From: Camelus ferus
Lineage: Eukaryota
Length of the DNA stretch: 64,000 nt
Assembly (NCBI RefSeq): GCF_009834535.1
Contig: NC_045697.1
Location: 41,294,001 to 41,358,000 of the forward strand
Direction: 5' to 3'
The notes under the pieces were generated by a model. It did not search any database and was not told the origin of the DNA. It saw nothing but the letters and a program-made list of their open reading frames with translations. Below, one piece after another: positions 26,520 to 38,024 of this stretch (positions are counted from its first letter, which is position 1; each line of letters opens with the position of its first letter). The translations under genes and the position numbers were made by a program.

Positions 26520-27179
26520 CCCAAGTACTACATTCTTAGTTAGCAAGTGGTCTGTCTTCCAAGTTATCATAGGTAACAGTTTTATCAAGTATTTTGCTAA
26601 GACATGGGAAGGGTTGCTACCTTTCCAGCCCATGGGAAAGTATTCCAGCTACTTTCAGTGAACAAGTACCCTGTATATCAGGTTCTATGTTTGAAGCAGC
26701 TCACTTTTGTATGCAGAATTTTATATTAGTTAGTATTAGTTTGAGTCTGAGTGGCAAAAAATTTCAAATAATAATGGCCTAAAAAAGTTTTTTCTTTCTT
26801 GTGAATGTCTTGAAGTACATGACTGGGATCCTGTGTCCTTCTATCTTGGTCTATTGTGGATGAACCTCCATTCCCAAGGTTACCTCATAGCCCAAGCTGG
26901 CTGTAGTCAAAGAATGAAAAATGAGTTGATGATGGGGAGTTGTTTATGTTATGCTATTTGTCATACTGTGCCTGTCTTAAAATGGAAATATTTATTAATT
27001 GTTCACTGATCTGAAATTTCATTACGATAATTCTAACCTCAGGTTTTTGATACCACATCATATTTCCACTTTTCTCAAGGATGTCCTTGAAATTCTCAAA
27101 GAGAAATTGACTTCTGTATATGTGTGAGGAATTGGATTACAAAAGCAAATGAACCATAACAATGATGGTTAAGGTGATG

Positions 27180-27900
27180 TTTGATAACTGTTTTTCTATG
27201 TAACCCCCTGCATATTGATATTTTTGCTCATGTAATACCACTATTTTATTGTTTTAAAAAATGTGATATCTGAATCATTTGTGATTGAAGATCAAAAACA
27301 ATTACCCCAAAACTTAATTTATACAGAAAGATAACTTTACTCCAAACAGGTTTATGTTTATGGGAGTCTCAATAAGCAGCCATACTGCAATATTGGAAAC
27401 TTCTACTGAAAAATTAATTTTCACTCCAGTGCAAATATTTTTTTTGTACACAGAAATAATAATAGTTTTGAAAGTGATATAGTTAACTCTGGGAGTCTTC
27501 ACTTATACATAATAAAATTAAAGAAATGAAAATGAACTTAAAATACTTCCTTTAAAAATATCAGTAAAACAAAACAATCATTATCAATGAAAACATTGTA
27601 ATCCCATAAAAGTTGCTCCCAAAGTTTATCTCAAAGTTATTCAATAATAAATAGAATTAATTGAAACTGATGGGCCAGAGAAAATTATTTGTAGTTCACA
27701 CATGTAATTGTTCCTCACCATTCTTCCAACTAATATAGAGTCAGAACACTTTTGCAGTAGCTGGAAAAAAAATGGTAGAAAATTCTGCTCAAGGATTAAT
27801 CAGATGTAATTGAAGCTTTTATTTTTATACTGCATTTTATTAAAAGTGTGTGCTTCATTTCCGACTTTTCATGATGAATTCAATTATCTTAATTTGAACA
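27180..27900 (-). mobile_element. Possible hAT transposase C-terminal (dimerisation domain) fossil
   Basis: Minus-strand remnants VSNIAVWLLIETPI, SF..KL, NCF*SSITNDSDI and KNINMQGV parallel the hAT pattern FPNIxxALRIxLTxPV..ERSFSxLKxIKNYLRSSMxxERLxxL. Frameshifts are needed. Confidence 0.4.
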
Positions 27901-28302
27901 TAGTATTTAATACATTTTAAAGTATTTTGAATAATTTTATCTACGGAAATTTTTTTTATCACAATGATAATGAATGGTTAACATTTATATTTTTATAAAT
28001 TTTGATTTTATTTCATGTTTTATAATATGTTCATAAACTTTTATACTTTAGATGAATTAAATATTTAGTTTCACTAATTTTTAAATTTTAAAATACAACA
28101 CTAGCATTTATACTGGCAGTATAACATTATGTGAAATAAACAGTGAATTACCAGTAGTATTTCCACTTTGCTCCAAAACTGAAACCACTAATCCATAACA
28201 GAGAAAGCATAGATTTATTTGGGCCTCACAGTGTTATAAGAGAATGAAGGTATTTAAAAGGAACTAAAACAATGCAGAACACGTTTTCAGCCTTTTCCAT
28301 AC

Positions 28303-28416
28303 CTGAGAGCTCTATATGATGTCCTTCTGAGCTCTCATTGTTTGCAGTGAGCAGGTTGTAGTCTGGTGGAATAGTAAAATTATTAGGATTGGAAGTAGAA
28401 CTGAGGGCAGCTACAC
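28303..28416 (-). CDS. Candidate internal exon C (114 nt, phase 1-1): GVAALSSTSNPNNFTIPPDYNLLTANNESSEGHHIELS
   Basis: Acceptor ctgcttttctctgagctgtagtag|GT and donor CAG|GTATGG. The frame is open and continuous with exons A and B. No homologue recognised. Confidence 0.35.
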
Positions 28417-28577
28417 CTACTACAGCTCAGAGAAAAGCAGAGGGTAACTGGTCTGATGTCAGTAATCAAGCTCTCCCTCTTGAATTTGTACAGTGGGAAT
28501 TTATGTCTGGGAACCTTTTGTTTTCTTTCCCCAAAATGCTTTATTGAACCCAACCAAATCTGATCTTAACTGTGGGG

Positions 28578-28747
28578 CAAGGCTGGCTTTATGGGTGAAT
28601 GTCGTGGGCAGTCACACAGGACAGGCACTCAGAAGGGCCTCCTGCCTGGGTCAATGCTCTGCTGTTGCCCTCTTGAAATTCTTAGAAAGTTTTGAGCCCT
28701 GAATTTTCACTTTGCACTGGACCTTGCACATTATGTAGTTAGTTCTG
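28578..28747 (+). mobile_element. MER45A (hAT-Tip100 MITE)
   Basis: caaggctggctttatggg...cagtcacacagg...ctcagaagggcc...ctcttgaaattctta...ttttcactttgcactggacc...attatgtag...ctg. Confidence 0.88.
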
Positions 28748-29302
28748 TGGCAGTGGTTTGCTTTTATTTTTGAAGGAAGAATGGTATAGACACTCTCTAA
28801 TGTATATCTAGTGTATGAGTAATTTAAAAAAATCTAAAGTTGGTGTGTATTTTATTTGAATGTATTTAGGCATTAAGGCAAAAGGTCTTTAGTCAGAGTT
28901 GAAGCGAAACAGATGTTCAAAGTGTTAAACTGTGTAACTTCCTCCCATTAACACCTCTTTTCTCCCTCCTGTCCATCAGGGCCTTTATGCTCCTTCCTGG
29001 ACTTCCCTCAGGTCTTCCCCCTGATGTCCCACCATGGAAAATGGAACAAGCATATATATTTTTCACTTAGAGACACACCTATCAAGACACACTTGCTTGC
29101 TCTTCCATTACCACACAGACCTAGGCTATGCCATTGGAAAGCAAACCTCCGATGATATTTTAATAATTCTTCTGACATCTGTTCATCATAGCCTTAACCA
29201 CTATGGGAAAGGCGTCTGCTGTGGAGAGTACTCTGGGGGAAAGCAACCTGCTTCTGGACTCCCCTGATCCTCACAAAAGTGCCCCCTTTTATTCTAACTT
29301 AC

Positions 29303-29319
29303 CAATGATGCCCTCTACA
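29303..29319 (-). CDS. Candidate 17-nt micro-exon B (TGTAGAGGGCATCATTG)
   Basis: A strong acceptor ttcatttctctccccttgtccttag| and donor TTG|GTAAGT lie only 17 nt apart; phase 2 to phase 1. Confidence 0.4.
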
Positions 29320-29608
29320 CTAAGGACAAGGGGAGAGAAATGAAGGACATGAGGGAAAAATACCCTTTTTTTTTCATTCCCAAGACTCAGCCTTTTAACC
29401 TAAATCATCGATTCCCCTCCTTAAAAAGTCTTCAGGTGAACAAATCCTTGCACTCATTTCAAAACCCTGTATCCTTGGCTGTGTGGGCTTTGCCCTGTAT
29501 TCTTAGCCTTAGGATGATACACACATGGGCTTTGTAACATTTGTAACTTAGAAAGCTAACGGTTCTGTTACCTCTTGAAATAGTGAAAATAAAACAACAA
29601 CAACTTAC

Positions 29609-29781
29609 AGTTCTGAAGGACAAAATTTGCAGACTTGTCTCTGTAACCATGAAGTTGCTGTCAGCAAAAGCCCTTTGTTCACCACAGGAAGCAATCTGGT
29701 CATAACAACTTCCTTTCTAGCAATTCAATAGAACTATTGTTTCTGAAGCTTATCAGATAGACCCACTACCAGAAATCCCCA
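29609..29781 (-). CDS. Candidate exon A (173 nt) with first ATG at 29703: MTRLLPVVNKGLLLTATSWLQRQVCKFCPSE
   Basis: Acceptor catttctattttgttgccag| and donor ACT|GTAAGT. ATG context GTTATGA (purine at -3) with an upstream in-frame stop. Confidence 0.35.
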
Positions 29782-31789
29782 CTGGCAACAAAATAGAAAT
29801 GTTCTTTTTATAATCAAGGAACTATACTTCTCTCAAAATGATTACATTTTATTTTATTTATATTTTCTTTGTTTATTAAATTAGCTTGCATTGCTCACTA
29901 GATTTGAAAATGGAGAACGTAAGTAAGTGATACTTTGATTCACTGAATGAAAACTACATTTGTGACTTGAAGCTACTTGAGAAAGAGAAAGAGAGATAAA
30001 GGACTATTTAGAAGATATTTGTGGCTTCCTATCTTGCTGCATTTTCAGTAAGAATAGTTGGTAGGCAGTTACCTACAATGCAGTCTGTAATGTCAGCCTT
30101 GTCTACAGAGTCAGGAGTTTTTCTCAAAAAAATTTTATTTTTAATCCATAAACCATTAAAGTGCTGTCTTATTTTTAATTTGCAGGATCTATATCCTTTC
30201 TATGTTACCTCCTGCTCCCCTACTTCATATTAGAAAATTTTTTTTTCTGCTCAGTAGTTATACTAGTAAGCACCAGAAAGGCCATGCATGACCTCTTGGG
30301 TTATTTAAGAATAACTTAATCTCTTGTGGAAAAAACCCCTCTGCAGGCCTTCTTTGGGGGAGATAACCTTCTTATTGAAATTCCTCAGTTCCTCCCACAT
30401 TTCCCATTCTTTTCCCTCCCCATCAGCAGCACTGAATTTGGCAAAGAGACTAATCACTATTTCTCCCTCTTTGCTTTTCTTCAGTCTTAGTTTAAATAAC
30501 GTTTCTACCCTTTAAACCTCCTCACTGCTCATTATAGAGTTTCTTTCACTGGAATGACTGTGTCTTCTGGTGTTTTCTGTTCTTCCCCTTCTTCACTTAG
30601 ATGAAGTGACTCACTCCATCCCTTTAGATCCCATCTTGAAACGTTCCTGGGCCTGTTTTCTTTGGACTGAGCCTGACTCCCACGCAGTCTAATTCCCTTT
30701 TCCCTCCCCTTAATGTCCTTGCCAAGGTTGCAAGTATTTAATTGCATTTTTTCTGCATTCAGATTTTACTTCTTCTCTTTTTAGTGTTTAAAACATTCAA
30801 GTTTTTCTTAGAAAAGATTACCCAGTCCATTTCCATTATGTTTTCTTCTCTTAGGTTAGAAATTAAGATGAACAGAAAAAAGGACAGTACAGAATTAAAG
30901 GGTTTTAAGGCTTCTGTTTTCCATTAGAGCCCTGAGAGTTTGGTATCTCCTGAGACATAATGGAGAGTCTCAGGTCATGCATCACTCCAGAGCATGGGGA
31001 GTTTGTTCTCAGCGCACCAGAGAATTTTTAGACATGTAAAGAGAGGAGGCAAATTCCCAAAGGAAGTTGTAGGACATGGATATAAGAATGGAAGAAAAAA
31101 AAACAAACAGCTGAGAAATGAGTTTAATGAAGCCATGGTTAGTTTAGAGCAGAAGTAGAAGTTACTAGGTTGGCCTCTGTTATTCCTGCAGCTCTGTATG
31201 TGCTGCACCCTTCTCTGTGCATCTGCTTCATCTGGGCTTCATCCTAGGTCCCCTGCTTGGACAGACCCCCACTAACCAAGGATGTGGTGTGAAATATTGC
31301 ATCACATCCTAGTGAGCTGCCTTTGCTTTGTGATTCCTGGGATGGAAGCAACAGTAGCAAATCTGCCTTTCCCTAGATCCCTCCAGAAGCCCCTCCCACT
31401 GTCTGTGCCTCTGATAACTGACTGGATGAGGCGCTGCGTGCTCATCAGGAAGAGCTGTGGCACCATCTGTTGTGGTGTACCTGGGTCCTAGGCTGAGCTG
31501 GGCTGATGTCAGGGCCCAGCACTAGCTGTACTCTCATTCTGGTGACAGGCGATGCTAGGCTGTAAAGTTTCCCTGTGACAGATAGCATGAAGACAAGATA
31601 GAAGGCATCAAAGTGATACTGCTAGCTTTTGGTCTCAGAAGCAAAACAAGTGTTGTAGGTAGAGTTCTCTTGAAAGTATTTGGAAGTTAAAACTTTGGCT
31701 GGCATAGCAGGGACATTTTGTCCTGTCACATGTATACCTGTTGGTACCTGATGTTGGGAGATGGAACCTGAGCTAGAATCTGGTTGACA

Positions 31790-31955
31790 GATCAGTGACC
31801 TCTGTGATCTTTCAGGGAGTTTAACTCTTCATTTTACAGATGAAGATACTTGAGGCTCAGGAAGGTCGAAAGACTTACTGAAGGTCCACAGCTTGTTAGT
31901 GACAGAGCCAGAGCTGAAACTTGTATCCCTAGGCTTTCTGTCCAGCACTGCCCTA
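31790..31955 (-). mobile_element. MIR SINE
   Basis: cattttacagatgaagatacttgaggctcaggaaggtcgaaagacttactgaaggtccacagcttgttagtgacagagccag. Confidence 0.88.
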
Positions 31956-32239
31956 CAGTTCTTATGTTTGTAGCTGCTGGCTGGTCCAGGATGTCAAGAG
32001 ACAAAGACCTCTGACACGTCTTTTTAATAAATTGGGCTTCCTAATGTTACTTTCCTGGGCGTTATGGATATTATTGCTTCTATCTCTCCATATTCTGAAT
32101 AAAATATAATGTGTACTCATTGTGGAGGATAGAAAATTTAGAAACAAGGGAGAAGAAAATCATACTTTGTAATTCTGTTACCCAGAGAGGATCACTATTA
32201 ACATTTCCTTGATTTCTTTCTAATCTTTTCACACGTAGT

Positions 32240-32260
32240 TGTGTGTGTGTGTGTGTGTGT
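32240..32260. repeat. (TG)10 microsatellite
   Basis: Seen directly. Confidence 0.95.
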
Positions 32261-34709
32261 ATTTAAAAATTGTGTATATACAAATTGAGGTTGTATATTT
32301 TGTATCGGCTTGTATCCTTTAGTTGCAAATAACAGAAACTGACCTAGTTTCAAATTTAAGGAAGGAAAGGAATTTCTTGGCAGGCTACAAAATCAAAGAA
32401 ACACTCAGGCCTTGGAAAAGTAGTATCCAGGAAACTCAGCTGTTTTTATCAGAAGAGAATAAATACCGGATAGGCCAAAATAGCATTGAATATAGATGTC
32501 TTAGTTTTGAAATTTACAGTAACATCTTGGATAAATAACTTTAAATTTCTTCGTCACTGAAGTCAGTTTGTTTGTTTCCAGTTCAGTGTAATTCTCTCTT
32601 CCGGATTGTTACGACATTCAGAGCTCAGTCTCCTTCTCAGAACTTTTCTTTTCCATCCCAACTTCCTCCATCCCTGCAATGGCCACTGGGAACAGAGGTA
32701 GCTCATGCCATTATCCTGCTGGCAGGGGATGGATATCTGGTCCCTGTGTTACCCTCCAGTCCTTTCTGGCTGTGTCTTGCCTTGCATAAATTTTGCCTGT
32801 GGGCCCCTGGCCCCACTGATCTGCTGATGATGTAGCACATCCTTTATGTTCTGGGTACTGGTGGTGCAGTACAGCGTGATTTCTACTAGGAGTTTTGGCA
32901 TCATCCCCTGCTGCTGCTGAGAGCCAACTGCCCCGGTTCTAGTATGGGACCTCGCCATCCTCTGCTGTGGTCATCCCTTACCCTCACCCATCTGCCAGCT
33001 GGCTGTCTCATTATTCCCAGCTCCCTTCCATTTACCTCTCTAGGAACCATAGGATTGTAGGGGTCAGTGGTTCTGTCAGGCCCCCTCTGTCTCTCGTCCT
33101 GACCTGCTGCCATTCATACCCATCTGCAGCCTCCCTCTGTTGTCAGTGGGTATTCTGAAAGTGGTTCCTCCCTGATTTCATGGAGGAGGAAAGTGGAACA
33201 AAAGTACCTTCTTTTCTCAGATCCGAAAACCTATTTGGAGCACAAGTATCTATAAGGCCAGTGGATTTCTGTTCTAAGGCAATGCCTCTGATTGATCCAG
33301 TAGGTCAAGAGCTACAGGGCAAAATAAATAATTTGGCGAAAAAAAAAAAGAACCCTCAATTTAAAACTTTCAACTAGTTTATCTTTCTTCATTCAATTTG
33401 ATACCCTATGTTTTCCACCACGAAGAGAATTTTCCAATACAAGGCTGCATAATATTTAATCATCTACATACTTATTTAGTTATCTCATAACTCATTTAAC
33501 TTCTATGATTCAATATTTAGATCATTTGGGGATTTTATTATTATAATCAATACTGTAACAAATGTCCTTGGACAAACATTTATATATGTCTTTTATTTTA
33601 TTGGACAAGATTTTTAGTGGAAAATTTTGGGGGGTCAAAATTTAAAAATAATCTTGATGTATTTATTTCTGTACCCATCAGCAGTACATGAGGGTGTGTG
33701 ACTTACTGCATATTTGCTGACATTAAATAATGATTTAACCTTAGTTCCTCCTAGTCCTTACTAATTTATATAACAGAAGGGGGCCATGTTAAAAACTAAT
33801 AACTTCAATATTGCTTTTATCCTTCCTTCCTTCCTTCTTCTCTTTTCTTTTTTCTTTTTGCCCTTGTTAGCTGATGTGGGACCTCTGGTGCTTTTGGAAA
33901 TTCTCCCTAAGCCCTGTGATCAAATTTTTCTAAAAGTGCCGAAGTCTTCAGTCTTGTGCTCACCTTTTTTCCTCAGCTCAGTAACTGAGGTTTGGAGCTT
34001 CAGAATGGTTTAGTAAATTGCTGGAGGATGCCTTCTCTCCCAGCTTGTCACTCCAGCAGACCCCAAGCTGTGCTGGTATGTTCCAGTGCTTCAAAAATGA
34101 TGAAATTACTCTTTCAGGTTTTTTTTTCCCCCTGTATGACCTCTCTCCCTTCCTCTGTAGGAGTTCAATGGAGGAACTGGGCTAGAAGACAAATTTGAAA
34201 GACAGACCAGATTGTACCAGCAAGAATTGCTGTTTTATTGGCCTAAATTCATTATTCCAAATTTCTTCCTTCCAATGTGTTCTTTTCCAAGAAGCTCTTC
34301 AGTTTGAATACAAATAGTTTTTTAGGAAGCCCACCCTATGACCTTGACCCTAATTGGGGCTGATTTCCACTTAGACTCTAGGTGATGTGACTATGATAGC
34401 ATTAAAAATGATTTTTAATTTGATAGGTGAAAATAATATCTTGTGGGCATTTACATTTTCATTTCTGTTCTAATTATTAGGCCAGGCATTTTTCTGTATA
34501 CTTGTTTCTAATTTTTGTTTGTTTGTTTCTTTCTTATTAGTTATCTGGTCAAGTTCTTTCTCATTATTCCATTGTATTTTAGTATGAGATTTAAAAATGT
34601 TACATATATAAGCTTTTGAATGATCATATTTGCTGGAAATAGGTACCCCATTTGGGGGGCTTTTCATTGTTATTTTTATGCATACAAAAGTTTAACATTT
34701 TTATGACAT

Positions 34710-35585
34710 ACCGTGTTCACGGACAGAAACAGTGAATACAGTAAAGACACCTTTACTGCCAACTGGGTTAATGGAAGCAACGCAATTCCAATCAAAATCT
34801 AAAAAGGTTGTATGTAAAAGATTGCAACTTTATTCTAAAATTTATATAGGACAGAAAAGGTCTAAGATCATCTAAAATATACTTAAAGAAAAAGTAAAAC
34901 AGGGATATTTGCCTTATCAGGTATGAAAGATTTGTTATAAATTTATAGTAGTTAAGACAGTGTGGTATTGGTGTTGAGACGATACTCAGGAGAGAAAAGG
35001 AGTGACTGTTCTTTAGAGTAGTAAATGTTGCTGAGATAATTCGTTAGCTACATGCAAATAAAGGAATTGTCTCTTTATATCCCTCCATACATGAACAAAG
35101 ATTCAGTGTGGACTAAAGACCAAACTGTGGAAGGTAAAACTTTTAGACTTTTAACATATTTTAAATTTCTTTGCGGGGGGGAAGATAATTAAATTTGTTT
35201 GTTTATTTATTTATAATGGAGGCTCTGGGGATTGAACCCGGGACCTCCTGCATGCTAAGTGTGCGCTCTACTGCTGAGCTATACCTTTCCCAAAACTTTT
35301 AGACTTTTAGAAGGCAATATGGGAGGCTATCTTTATAAATGTGGGGTTGGAAAAAATTTAAAACAAGACTCACAAAGTACAAACCATAAAGAAAAAAATG
35401 GATAAATTCAACTATATTAAAATTAATAACGGCTATTTGTTAAAAGACAGTGACCAAATAAGCCGTAAGTGAGGAGAAGACATTTTCTACATGTATAACC
35501 TAGAAAGGATTGGTTTACAGAATAAAGAATATCAAAAAGCCTAATTATAAAGGCAATAACAACCTGATAGAAAATTAGGCAAAAG
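34710..35585 (+). mobile_element. Old L1 ORF2 fragment (interrupted by a SINE)
   Basis: gcaattccaatcaaaatc...ttattctaaaatttatat...gttaagacagtgtggtattgg...acaaaccataaagaaaaaaatggataaattcaactatattaaaatt. Confidence 0.8.
35154..35291 (-). mobile_element. Vic-1-type camelid tRNA-derived SINE
   Basis: Reverse complement reads gggaaaggtatagctcagcagtagagcgcacacttagcatgcaggaggtcccgggttcaatccccag, with A and B boxes. Exact TSD aaaacttttagactttta at 35136-35153 and 35292-35309. Confidence 0.9.
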
Positions 35586-35609
35586 TTAGGAACTGTAAGT
35601 ATTTCTGAG

Positions 35610-36400
35610 TGAGGCTTTGAGACTTGAGTCCCTCTTGGCTGGCTTCTCTGTCCTTTTGACATGTCACCCGTTATTCTTTGAGCACTTCCTTATTAATGCA
35701 CAATAAGGTATCTCAAGCTCATTTGCACTTTCTCTTTCTCAGTCTAGAATCAGCCATTTTTCCAGGGATCCCTGATCGTTTTAGGGGAGAATTTTATTTA
35801 TGAACAAAGACTTACATTATAGATGAAATTATAACTGTTGTGGTGTCACTGCTCCCATTTCCTCTCTGTGGACAGAGGGAGGGAATATTTCTGTGGATAC
35901 TTAAACACACGCACATTTACATCTATGTTCATTTCCATATATATCTATAATACAGAAAACCATTATGTTCACACTGAATCCTCCAATTAAATCCATCACC
36001 ATGAAGTTCAACCTCATTTTCTCCCTGGATCTCATTATCCTTAATACATTTACTTATTTAATCAATTCCCTTACATGCACCAATCTCCTTTTGCCCCACT
36101 GCCACCTCCCTTACAACAGTGACTTCCTTACCCCACTTAAACTGCAGGGCTGCTGCAGCTGGACACCACCAGGTGGACTCCCTTTATATCCTACCCAGTC
36201 TGCGATACCCTGAGCCAGGCACCTTCATGCATGGGCACCTTCCTCACCCTGGTCAGCCTCCAACATGCATGCTAGGCCTTCCTCCTGTGCCGATGCTCAT
36301 ATTACCTCACTTGGGGTCACCATGGCTTTCCCTATCCTGGTGCAGATGCCTGTCATGCTTGTCTCCACCTAATGTCTTTATGAGTGAGTTGTTTCTGGAA
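35610..36400 (-). mobile_element. L1MC-type 3' UTR fragment
   Basis: ggcttctctgtccttttgacatg...tttgagcacttcctta...agaatcagccatttttccaggga...gttcacactgaatcctccaatt. Confidence 0.7.
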
Positions 36401-38024
36401 AAGAAGGGAACGGAAAGAGGAAAGGAAGAGCTCTCTAGCTCTCTATGGTTTCATTTTTTATAATTATCTCTTTAATCCATAGGAATATGACATAATTTTT
36501 ATACTTGTATCAAACCATTATTTACTAAGTAATTCTCTATATTCCCATATAACTATTTTTGATCAGTATAATAAGGTACAATGTTGAAATAAGTGACAAT
36601 TTTTAGTTTTGATGAAAGCAGTAGAAAGACGTCTCTAGGAGCTTTCGAGAAAGCAAGTTGGAGATTTCATTTACAACTGAAAGAAAAAAATAAAGTTGAA
36701 TTTCAGCAAGGCTGAATTTTTCTTTAAAAAGACAGTATGTAAAGTACAACTCAGGAAAGTTTTAAAATTAAAATTAAATTGAGAAATCTGTTCCCTGAAG
36801 TGTGAAACCTCAGGATGAATAGATGTAGTTAATATGTCTGGGCTCTGTGACTGCAGTGTAGTAGTTACTCATGAGGGATTGTTCTCTAATACACATCTGT
36901 TTCCATCTAGAAAAATAAACAAAAAAGCCCTTCCTTACCCTTGGCTCCACTTCTTTGAATTATGTCAAATAAAATTAAACACTGAAAACCAAAAACTTTC
37001 CAAAGAAAGCATGGATTTATCAAAGCATATTTACTATTATAGGTATTATTTTAAAAGACTACCTGCTGAGCATTTTTAGTGCAGATTCTGCTCTTCTATA
37101 TATCACTAAATTCTTCAGCAGATAGTGTACTTTTCTTGGTCTTGCCTTGAGCCAAACTATCTCCTCTAGTTTTCCTCTATCAATTTTCAATTGACTAGAA
37201 CCTCACAGTTGTCAATCTCTGGGGACATGGGGAAATGAAATGTCCCATTACTTTTCTCCCTTAATGCATTACTCTAGACTCACTGTGAACTTCTTCTGGG
37301 ATACATCCCATAATTCCCTTGGTTCTGCTTAACCTCCATAAGTGCAGTGGCCATAGACTTGATAGAAATTTTGTGGGATTATCTGTATCATAGTTGAAAA
37401 CATGTTTTGAAGTATCTTTCTGTATTATATTACAACAGACAAGCAAATGTTTCAAAATCTCAGCCCTGGGTATGGTAGATAAAGTTGTTTTAGCTTTTTT
37501 TTTTTTTTTTTTTTTGCATTTTTCCTTTTGAGAATTGTTTAACTGTCAAAAGTAAAAGAGAACGTACATTAAAACATATTTTTGTATTAATTAAGTATAT
37601 TGTTGATAGAAAAGAATATAGTTAACTTAGGCTGTGTCTTCATGTGATTCTTGGGTTGTCCATTTTGAATAAATTGTTTAATCTGTTTAGGCATTAATTA
37701 ACTTGAATTGTTTTCTAGTAAATTTTAGAACTTTGTAAAATTATCCTGGAATTTGATGACTTTTGCAGATGAATTTCAGGTGCTTACTTCTCAAAACAAA
37801 GTTCAAGGGGCCATTTCTTTCTTGTCACCAACAAAACTCAAAATGGAAATAAGGACCCAAAGATCCAGTTCTGACAGGTTGAGAAGAAGATTAAGCCATA
37901 TGTACAGATGGCCATGAGTCTATAGCATTGATTTTTTGAGTCCCAGGATAGAAAAAGGACTCTGCTATAAGCAGGAGGATACTTTCCCATTTCTAAGGAT
38001 GACTGGGCAATGTATTAGTGGATT

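Larger units (their letters stand above)
24140..26910 (-). mobile_element. MLT1 (MaLR) LTR-internal-LTR relic with two nested insertions
   Basis: Homologous LTR segments gagtggcagaaaatccaaaataacaagggcttaa (about 24145) and gagtggcaaaaaatttcaaataataatggcctaa (about 26749). An MLT1-int-like start on the minus strand at about 26722 continues into ggaaaggtagcaacccttcccatgtcttagcaaaatacttgataaaactg. Confidence 0.65.

Noticed and set aside
28304..28337. Box C/D-like ATGATG...CTGA inside a terminal stem
   Set aside because: The C box is ATGATGT rather than RTGATGA, and only a few nucleotides separate the boxes, too short for a snoRNA.
29746..29765. agcttatcaga resembles the 5' part of miR-21
   Set aside because: Only about 11 nt match; the rest of the mature sequence and a precursor hairpin are absent.
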